A stretch of 64,000 bases of DNA, taken from positions 1 to 64,000 of the IMG/VR virus record IMGVR_UViG_3300032138_000008, one strand, 5' to 3'. Position numbers and translations under genes: made by a program. This DNA comes from a virus (lineage: Duplodnaviria; Caudoviricetes). Numbering within the stretch: position 1 is the stretch's first letter; the number at the start of each line of letters is the position of its first letter. The notes under the pieces were generated by a model. The model did not search any database and was not told where the DNA came from. It worked only from the letters and a program-made list of their open reading frames with translations. This document shows, piece by piece, positions 56,637 to 64,000 of this stretch.

Positions 56637-59600
56637 ATGGCATATGGCGGCCGCACCCCTGAAGGGTTTACCGGAGAATGGAAATTCTGGATTGAAGACA
56701 AGGCTAAAAGAGCTTCAAATGATGACTTCGAGGTACCGAATTACAACCCAGATTTTGTCTTCGATTTCTTGGAGTTTCTCGAAGGTGATCCGGGTTATCA
56801 AGAGTCTCTCACTCGCACCATCGCCCTTGAGCGCCCCACAGGACTGTTCCTCTCCCAGAAGATTATTCAAGCTGGAGGCGAAACTACCTCACGCGCTACC
56901 CTGGTGGCTGAACTTCAAAAAGACCCGGGCAGCCAAGACCGTGAAACCGCGACGAAAAGATATGAAGATCTTTATGGGAACGCAACCAGCTTCTGCGCAG
57001 AAGCCCTGTATAAAGACAATATGGGGTTCTCGGCTACAGATAGATCTGGCTATTATACGGGCGACGGCGAGAAGCTCACCCCTACGACCGTGATAGCTAT
57101 GGTCCACGGCGTCGAAATGGTCAGGGCCATTCGCCTCTACGGCGGGGAACTGGTGCTTGTTAACGACACGGACCCGAATGTGACGTCGCAAGCGATCATA
57201 CCCCAGTCGACCCTCGACTCCCTCAATGCGCGTCCGCTGGACGACAGCGCGTGGGGTCCTTGGGGGGAAGATTTGGCCAAGGTTAGCAGCATGTACGTAA
57301 AAGACGACTCAGTTGCAGCTGGATATCGCGTGAAGCGCGCCAGCGGTGTGGAGGCAGTGATGACGCCGAAGGAACTAACAGCCGCGAAAATGATATCTAC
57401 ATGGTATCGAGCCGAGCGCGTACCCCCTACTTGTAAAGGATCCCCTGGAGAAATTGCGTTTCGCGCCGGTGAGTTCATCGAGAATAGAACAGCTAATTGT
57501 ATTAATTCTACCGACCCCTTGTTGGAAGCATGTGTTGGGGGCAAGAGCCTACATTTGCAACAGCAAGGAGCTTATTACGCTGGAGCTTTTAATGGCGCTT
57601 ATCTGCGAAGCACTCCCGGCGCCCCGCTGCCGACAGCTTATAAGAACAATGCGAACGCTGTGCGTATTGCCTATATGGAATTTAGGGAGGACTTTGTTGC
57701 AGCTATGCAACATTGTCATAACGGACTCATAAGTAATGAAAAGAATTGGAACGAAGCTTTCGCTAAATTAGAGAATGTGCCTGATGACATGAAGAAGTAT
57801 CACCCCAATTTTCTGAAACAGTTTGACGCAACTAATGCAGACAAGTCAGCCACTATCCGTTCCCGTATTTGGCGTGTTCCGGGTACCGGCGCCACCGAGA
57901 GCGGAGAGGCGGCTGATAATTGGCTAGCCGGCGGAGATTGCGCTTATTGTAAATGTCCAGGCAACAATAAGAAAGGAGGCACTCTAGATTGCGGAGGGGT
58001 TCCAATTATAGACGCAGTGGAATATTCATTGCAACTTATGGGATGGGGACAAGGAGCCAATACTTCATTACAAGCCGTGGTTTATCACCCAGTGGTGACC
58101 ATGGGGGTCACAGCCCAGGCTGCCCTTACCACACGTCTCGAATCAGCGGCAATAGCGGTTAAAGTCGGCCATGGCGCATACGCTGCGAGCCACACCACCT
58201 CCTTACACAGGACTATCGCACCGGGAAAGAAAACTCTATTACAATTTGCCATAGAAAAGTATACTGAATGGTTGCGTTATCGCTGTTTTTATATTGAAAG
58301 GGAAGATAACCAATTTGATGAAACGAAATATGCCGATCTTCTTAAGGATCCGGATGCGGAGTTCGCTCGGGTAGCGGCTGAAAGACAGAAGAATGTTGAT
58401 CGGGCCAAAGTCCGCGGAGATATTGCATTGGGCATTGTTCAAAAAGCCGCCTTTAGAGAGCAATGTTTTATGTTGTCCAAAGTTTTCTCTCTGGTAAACT
58501 ACAAAAAAGTCAAGCTTGATTCTGTCTGGGGGAAAAAACTTCCGTATGTTTTAGCCGATACCTACCATAAAGCCGGCACAGCCGAGGAACCATGTGTTCA
58601 GCTTGACCCTAAAACAGATTTTACTAACGCTTCGTTACAAGTTGACGGCTCCGCTTTTGGCTTTATGAACCTATTGACTGCCGATCCTAAGATGATGCCT
58701 TTATATCAAGCCCATCATTCACAGTTATCTATGTTACAGCCTTTGATGCGCTTCTTTAAGGTAACCGAAGACACAGTTAATGGAGAAGAGCGGACTTCCG
58801 AACAAGAGATTGATTTTGATGCCTATGAGACCAATTACCCTGCCATCTTTGATCCTCAACAGATGATGAAGTCTGCCAATCAACGCGGTCATGGTGTGGG
58901 TGTTAAGAGTTTTGATTTTACTTATGATGGGAGCAATCCATTCGCAGTCAAAAAAAGTATTAAAGCTAAGTTGGTGATTTTTGCTAATAGCTTTGATGAG
59001 CTAATGCGCATACGAGGCACGCAGAAAAAGCCCTATCGTTATGTGGATTTGGCCCTTAAAACCGGTGGTCCGCGGATTGGAGACGTGGTACCCGCGGGCT
59101 ATCGCCGGGGAAATTCCCAAGAGAATGCATCCGAGGATCCACTTGATTGTATTCCCATTAGTAATGGGCTCGGAGGGGACCAGGAAGCAGCAAACTTAAC
59201 TTCTGACTTGGACCCTCTGGATAAATTAAACTTTCGTCTTAAAGCGGTAGTGGGCTATTCGCCACCACCTCCTTTGACTGATCAAACGTTTTGGCACATT
59301 GACAATCGGGGCAATCGCATCGGGGACTATCTGAGCCATGGCGACACCGCTAGCTCTCAATATAATAGTATCGAGGCGGCCGTTAATAGCAGTTTTGTTA
59401 GCCTAAATCTCACTCCCACTACACATGACTTTAAGTTTGATGAAATGGGGCGTGTAACCTTCACTATTAATTATTTGGCCTACATTGAAGACTTCTTTGA
59501 TGATAGACACTTTAATATCTTTACGGATTTAGATATTGCCAAGTGGATGCTCTTTCGACGCCTGCGTATGGACAAGCTTAAAAAGGCTTGCAAGAGCGAA

Positions 59601-61400
59601 GAGATCAACAAGATAAAGGAAGAAGAGAAAGATGAAGTTGAAGATTTGAAACTAGAGAGTATGAAGATTTTAACGCAGCGCCTCTTTAACAGCGGCCGGG
59701 TTCACTATTTAAACATTAGCTATGCCCAGTTAAGAGAGTGGAAGAGTAAAGGACCTTATGCTGACATGGGAGACCTATCTGCCGTCAGCGGACAGAGTGG
59801 TCTCAATATTACGGAAGCTAAAGATGCTACAGCCCGTATAGTTCAAGATGCTGAATCTAAGTCTAAAGAAGCGGGCGACGACGACGAAGGAACTGCCCAA
59901 AGCAAGCGGTTGTTTACTAAATATGTCAACGACTATAAGGATCAGAATATCCCCTATTTTTATGTCGCTGATCTGGTGGATACTATTTTAGAAGGAATCG
60001 ACGCATACATGTCGGAAGAAGGTATGCAAGCCATTATCCAAGACATTTCCGAGAAGGATGGGCTCCCCGGCACTGGTAAAGAATTTATCACCGAATGTGA
60101 TAAAGCGTATGAAGTTTATAAATTAAAGAAATTTGCCGAACAATTCCGGCGCTACCGTACTGTCCTGGGTCCTGTGGAGATTGTCAACCCCATTGACGTG
60201 AGTAAATCATTATTTGTAAATTTGGGCGATATTCCGGTTTCTATCAAGTACTTTAATGAATGGCTTACTGCGAAGTTGCTTAAAAAAGATCGTGCCGTCT
60301 ATACGTTGCCCCGGTTTCTTAATGACTTTTTCAACCACCTCCTCAGAAATTTCTTAAACAATGATACATGTTTCAACTATAACATCAAGCAAAAGATTAA
60401 ACTTAATCAAGCAGCCCTCACTGACTATTGTTCGCTGCAAGACATTGCTCTGGCTGATCGCATGCGAGAAGCAGGCACCGGCGCCCCCGGAGTGCCAGTA
60501 GACACACTGACGTCCAAGACGATGGCAGCCAATTATCACCGCCAACGCGCCGGACTGGGAGGACTATACGTCCCCTTGCGCCTTGTCCCTGCGCCGGAAG
60601 GCGCAGCAACCATAGTTCAAGCCGGCGGCTTCGGAAGTGAAGGTCAAATGCGCCCTCCGATATTGAATATCTCGGGTCCTAATAGTGATAATTCCCGCAA
60701 TATCGCCACCGCACAAGGTGCTAATGGGGGTATCGAGAATGAAACTAATTACATGGTTTTTTACGCCGGCCGTTCTAAGCCTACAGAATTAATGAGAGGG
60801 CACCTGCCAACGGACATGCGAAATGGTATTATGCACTATAACCAAGGACAGGATGTAGGTATAGTAAAGACAATTGATCTTAAAAAGACAAGCTCGCCCG
60901 GGCTCGCCGAGGTGCGTTTTGAGCAAGATGGCTATGAAGGCTTAGAGCAGTTGCGCGTTCTTTATGATGCCACTATTTCAACTTTCTGTTTGCCGAATGT
61001 AATGCCGGGACAATATCTTTATGTAGACCCCCGGGGCTTTTCTCCTTCCGAGGGCGCCACCTATGGAGAAAAGTTTGACTTAACTCGCTTCGGGATTGGA
61101 GGCTATTTTATGGCCCACAAGGTAGAACATAGCCTAGGACTCGGCGTAGCGCAGACCACCATTCATGCGAAGTGGGTGGCCGAGGTTACCAAGGAGACCG
61201 CTGCCCCAGGCGCGGAAGTCGCGGACCCGATCCCTGGCAACGAGGATGCCGACCCCCGTGATGCTGCCCTGGTTTCTAAGTGCTCCCAACATCGGCTAGA
61301 GCGAAAGGCGGCCGCCGCCGGCGGAGCTACTATGATGCATCGCACCAATACGGATAATGGCGCCGCAGCCGATACAGTCGCCACCCCCCCAACTGAGTAA
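56637..61400 (+). CDS. Large baseplate hub protein (gp27/VgrG-like, 1587 aa)
   Basis: Synteny after gp53-like gene; C-terminal YDATIS...PGQYLYVD...GGYFMAHKVEH; long N-terminal extension. Confidence 0.5.
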   Translation: MAYGGRTPEGFTGEWKFWIEDKAKRASNDDFEVPNYNPDFVFDFLEFLEGDPGYQESLTRTIALERPTGLFLSQKIIQAGGETTSRATLVAELQKDPGSQDRETATKRYEDLYGNATSFCAEALYKDNMGFSATDRSGYYTGDGEKLTPTTVIAMVHGVEMVRAIRLYGGELVLVNDTDPNVTSQAIIPQSTLDSLNARPLDDSAWGPWGEDLAKVSSMYVKDDSVAAGYRVKRASGVEAVMTPKELTAAKMISTWYRAERVPPTCKGSPGEIAFRAGEFIENRTANCINSTDPLLEACVGGKSLHLQQQGAYYAGAFNGAYLRSTPGAPLPTAYKNNANAVRIAYMEFREDFVAAMQHCHNGLISNEKNWNEAFAKLENVPDDMKKYHPNFLKQFDATNADKSATIRSRIWRVPGTGATESGEAADNWLAGGDCAYCKCPGNNKKGGTLDCGGVPIIDAVEYSLQLMGWGQGANTSLQAVVYHPVVTMGVTAQAALTTRLESAAIAVKVGHGAYAASHTTSLHRTIAPGKKTLLQFAIEKYTEWLRYRCFYIEREDNQFDETKYADLLKDPDAEFARVAAERQKNVDRAKVRGDIALGIVQKAAFREQCFMLSKVFSLVNYKKVKLDSVWGKKLPYVLADTYHKAGTAEEPCVQLDPKTDFTNASLQVDGSAFGFMNLLTADPKMMPLYQAHHSQLSMLQPLMRFFKVTEDTVNGEERTSEQEIDFDAYETNYPAIFDPQQMMKSANQRGHGVGVKSFDFTYDGSNPFAVKKSIKAKLVIFANSFDELMRIRGTQKKPYRYVDLALKTGGPRIGDVVPAGYRRGNSQENASEDPLDCIPISNGLGGDQEAANLTSDLDPLDKLNFRLKAVVGYSPPPPLTDQTFWHIDNRGNRIGDYLSHGDTASSQYNSIEAAVNSSFVSLNLTPTTHDFKFDEMGRVTFTINYLAYIEDFFDDRHFNIFTDLDIAKWMLFRRLRMDKLKKACKSEEINKIKEEEKDEVEDLKLESMKILTQRLFNSGRVHYLNISYAQLREWKSKGPYADMGDLSAVSGQSGLNITEAKDATARIVQDAESKSKEAGDDDEGTAQSKRLFTKYVNDYKDQNIPYFYVADLVDTILEGIDAYMSEEGMQAIIQDISEKDGLPGTGKEFITECDKAYEVYKLKKFAEQFRRYRTVLGPVEIVNPIDVSKSLFVNLGDIPVSIKYFNEWLTAKLLKKDRAVYTLPRFLNDFFNHLLRNFLNNDTCFNYNIKQKIKLNQAALTDYCSLQDIALADRMREAGTGAPGVPVDTLTSKTMAANYHRQRAGLGGLYVPLRLVPAPEGAATIVQAGGFGSEGQMRPPILNISGPNSDNSRNIATAQGANGGIENETNYMVFYAGRSKPTELMRGHLPTDMRNGIMHYNQGQDVGIVKTIDLKKTSSPGLAEVRFEQDGYEGLEQLRVLYDATISTFCLPNVMPGQYLYVDPRGFSPSEGATYGEKFDLTRFGIGGYFMAHKVEHSLGLGVAQTTIHAKWVAEVTKETAAPGAEVADPIPGNEDADPRDAALVSKCSQHRLERKAAAAGGATMMHRTNTDNGAAADTVATPPTE

Positions 61401-61414
61401 AAGGAGAGATTTAG

Positions 61415-62665
61415 ATGTCCACATTTTTTGCTGAAGATAATAACGAGACCACCAAAGAGTTATATCAAAAACGATTAATATACGTAGGCTTTGTTGATCG
61501 TGATAATCCGGACCATGTTATTAATTTTCATACGGGCGAAAAGCTAATGTATGGAAGAATCGATGAGTTTCATGTTCCCATGATTATTAACACGCCCTCG
61601 GTATATGGTGGCATAAAATCCTTTGATGCTAAGTTTTGTCAACAACAGAACTTTTATGGTGCCGCTTTTGTGGTGGATGCTTTTCATGGCATGATGCAGC
61701 AATATTCCAAAGATAGTTATAGTGGCAAGGTATCGGCCGGCGATGAATTTCTTACCGAGTTGCGCATTCATAAAGCGTTTGTAAATCCGGTCAATCTTTA
61801 TAATGAGCAAATTCGTTCATATACTGCGGCTTTAAAACAATTGTTCGCACAGCCACAAATTAAAATATTAACTTTTGAGGATTTCATCACGCAGCTTATG
61901 GCGACGTTAGGGCGGACTGCCCATCGATCCGCCTTTACTCAGGCAGCTTTCACTAAAAGTCGCCACTGCCCCATTAACTGTTCAGGCTTTGCTATTGAGA
62001 TTGCAGATTTAGACGCAGCCAACGATCTAGAGAAGATGCAAAAGTTTGTGGAGAGTCCTAATTGGGAATACTTTGTAAATATTTGTAACCAATATGGATT
62101 TATGATTGATCAATTTGTGCCATGGCGCATTGTAGCAGACATCGATTCTGAAGGAATGCGTCCATATGCCCTAGCCTATGGATTGGGAAACCGCACCAAA
62201 ATTATAAATATGATGTATAAGAGTGTGCACGAAGATAACTTTGCGAACTTGCCGAACTTGCTTTTGGGAATGTATAACGCTGTTAAGCGCCCCTCCGTCA
62301 AGTTTGACGAATGCAACGGCCGCACTCTTTCCACTATCCAGCATCCCCAAGATTATACCCCAGAGAGCTTGTCTGCGCAATATTCGAATATGTATTTCTT
62401 GCGCTTATACTGTAAAATTCGTTTTTTGGAAGAAGAAACCCAGTTCAAAGAATTTGAGCAAAAGATTCTTATAGACGACTGTCAAGATTTAGCGCGCATT
62501 CATGGAAATGACAGGGCACTGGATTATTTTGAAAGAATTATGAATAAACCATTTGACAACGTGGGCTCAATGAGCTATATTAAGAAACAGGTACTCGCTC
62601 AAATGGCTGAGGCAGCACCTAGGGGCACTACGGTTAGCAGCACAGATGATATTTCAGGCTATTGA
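61415..62665 (+). CDS. Hypothetical protein (416 aa)
   Basis: AAGGAG upstream; overlaps the polymerase start by 20 nt. Confidence 0.6.
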   Translation: MSTFFAEDNNETTKELYQKRLIYVGFVDRDNPDHVINFHTGEKLMYGRIDEFHVPMIINTPSVYGGIKSFDAKFCQQQNFYGAAFVVDAFHGMMQQYSKDSYSGKVSAGDEFLTELRIHKAFVNPVNLYNEQIRSYTAALKQLFAQPQIKILTFEDFITQLMATLGRTAHRSAFTQAAFTKSRHCPINCSGFAIEIADLDAANDLEKMQKFVESPNWEYFVNICNQYGFMIDQFVPWRIVADIDSEGMRPYALAYGLGNRTKIINMMYKSVHEDNFANLPNLLLGMYNAVKRPSVKFDECNGRTLSTIQHPQDYTPESLSAQYSNMYFLRLYCKIRFLEEETQFKEFEQKILIDDCQDLARIHGNDRALDYFERIMNKPFDNVGSMSYIKKQVLAQMAEAAPRGTTVSSTDDISGY

Positions 62666-63830
62666 TGATAAAACAGAATGTATTGGAATTTATTGTGATG
62701 GAAAATTATACTTTGATAACTTTCCTGATCAGTTAACCAAGACATGGAAATACACCGGCTCTCTCAAAGAGACTGATGTAGAATACGGTTCGCTCCTCGC
62801 CGAGGGGCAGTCACTGGCAGACGTATGCCCCGTTGATTTGCAGCCGGACTTGAACAGAGCGCAGAAAAGATTGCAAGCTTATTTGAAATCCTTTCAGTTG
62901 GCCAAAGTGGACATGCGAGACCATTGCATCTTTGACTTGGTGCCTCAAGATTTTCTGAAACAATTTTGCGAGATCAAAAACAAAATAACGGAGTATGTCT
63001 GTGAAACCTATAGCCGCCCCGAGTGCTATGATCACCTTCAAGAAGTTCAAAAGCTTTTGTATAAGATACGCTACCAGACCTTAAATCTTAATAATGAAGA
63101 TTGCAAAACCTTGTTCCATTCGTCAGCAAATCGCCGGCGCGCCCAGAACACCTTGAAGGGTCCACGCTACATTGATTACAACCTGTTCGGTACGGTCACA
63201 GGACGCCTTACAACGCAGGCAAATTCATTTCCCATACTAACCCTTCAAAAGGAATTTAGGAAGCTTGTAAAGCCCCATAACGAGTGGCTATTGTCACTTG
63301 ACTACAACGCCGCGGAGGTCCGAACCTTCATTGCGCTAGCCGGAGGAGAACAACCACAAGAAGACGTCCACGAGTGGCATATCAAAAACTTGATTCAGGA
63401 GGAGATCTCTCGACAGGAAGCCAAGGTAAAGTTCTTTGCCTGGATTTATAATAATGAAGCTGCAGCCAGCGAGTTCGAACAATATAAAAGAGAGCAGGTG
63501 GTAGAGCGCTGGTATGATGGACAATTTGTAAGAACACCATTTAAAAGAAAAATAAAGGTTGACAAACGCAAAGCTTTGAATTATATTATACAGAGTACCA
63601 CCGCAGATTTGGTGATGGAGCGCGCAATAGCCTTGGATAAGTTTTTAGAAGATAAGCAATCGTTTGTTTCCCATATCGTTCATGATGAGGTGGTGATTGA
63701 CTTGGCCGATGGCGAACGCCACTTGGTGCCAGAGATCAAAGACATCTTTGCACAGAACAAGCTTGACACCTTTCTTGTCAACTTGACCTGTGGCAAGAAC
63801 TACGGAGAGCTACAGGAGCTAGGACTATGA
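62646..63830 (+). CDS. polA: Minimal family-A DNA polymerase (394 aa)
   Basis: TVTGRLT, motif A LDYNAAEVR, motif B RQEAKVKFFAWIY, NYIIQSTTAD, motif C IVHDEVV. Confidence 0.85.
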   Translation: MIFQAIDDKTECIGIYCDGKLYFDNFPDQLTKTWKYTGSLKETDVEYGSLLAEGQSLADVCPVDLQPDLNRAQKRLQAYLKSFQLAKVDMRDHCIFDLVPQDFLKQFCEIKNKITEYVCETYSRPECYDHLQEVQKLLYKIRYQTLNLNNEDCKTLFHSSANRRRAQNTLKGPRYIDYNLFGTVTGRLTTQANSFPILTLQKEFRKLVKPHNEWLLSLDYNAAEVRTFIALAGGEQPQEDVHEWHIKNLIQEEISRQEAKVKFFAWIYNNEAAASEFEQYKREQVVERWYDGQFVRTPFKRKIKVDKRKALNYIIQSTTADLVMERAIALDKFLEDKQSFVSHIVHDEVVIDLADGERHLVPEIKDIFAQNKLDTFLVNLTCGKNYGELQELGL

Positions 63831-64000
63831 TCTCAGTCATTGGAATTGGCAATGCCGCCACGGCTATCGCACGAAAGTTTGCGCATATTGAAAATTATAA
63901 CGTGTATGAGCTTAATGATAAAGTAAAGCGGAACACGACAAACAAATTTAGACTAGAGGCTTTCACGGATCCGGAGAAGTATGAACAAAATATTCCGGAC
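63827..64000 (+). CDS. 5' part of a probable second tubulin/FtsZ-like protein (3'-truncated by window end)
   Basis: Hand translation MISVIGIGNAATAIARKFAHIENYNVYEL..., a beta1-GxG-helix start like tubulin/PhuZ; ATGA overlap with the polymerase stop, AGGA upstream; only 58 aa visible. Confidence 0.55.
   Translation, partial: MISVIGIGNAATAIARKFAHIENYNVYELNDKVKRNTTNKFRLEAFTDPEKYEQNIPD

Noticed and set aside
1-64000. Stop-codon reassignment, common in some large phages
   Set aside because: Core genes are full length in the standard code and TAA, TAG and TGA all terminate genes at tight junctions
1-64000. Prophage or bacterial contractile injection system rather than a phage
   Set aside because: Terminase, portal, protease, scaffold and capsid are all present; no integrase or host chromosomal genes appear in the window

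Overview
This 64-kb window is part of the late (morphogenesis) region of a large, probably jumbo, contractile-tailed dsDNA phage with T4-like head and tail genes. Every credible gene is on the + strand in the standard genetic code, and genes are tightly packed with many ATGA/TAATG overlaps. Gene order: baseplate/tail-fibre-attachment proteins; RuvC, primase and a single-chain Mre11-Rad50 fusion; a ParB-fold protein and a tubulin/FtsZ homolog; a membrane/lysis cluster; terminase, portal, prohead protease; ribosomal protein bS21; five modular fibre/spike paralogs with a stand-alone Smr-domain gene among them; scaffold, major capsid, neck, sheath, tube; tail chaperone, tape measure, baseplate hub; a minimal family-A DNA polymerase; and the start of a probable second tubulin. 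Signals not explained by the gene list: (1) a family of small genes sharing N-terminal leaders that resemble T4 capsid-targeting/gp21-cleaved sequences, two of them with an identical 20-nt DNA start; (2) a recurrent intergenic ACTATTTA motif, probably a late promoter; (3) a T7 slippery site joining the tail chaperone to an overlapping +1-frame ORF; (4) a bistable RNA structure in one long leader; (5) an apparently split P2-gpH-type fibre-attachment domain; (6) apparent enrichment of the palindromes GGCGCC and GCCGGC. No tRNA, rRNA, CRISPR array, integrase or transposase was seen. All family calls are from motif recognition by eye, without database searches.
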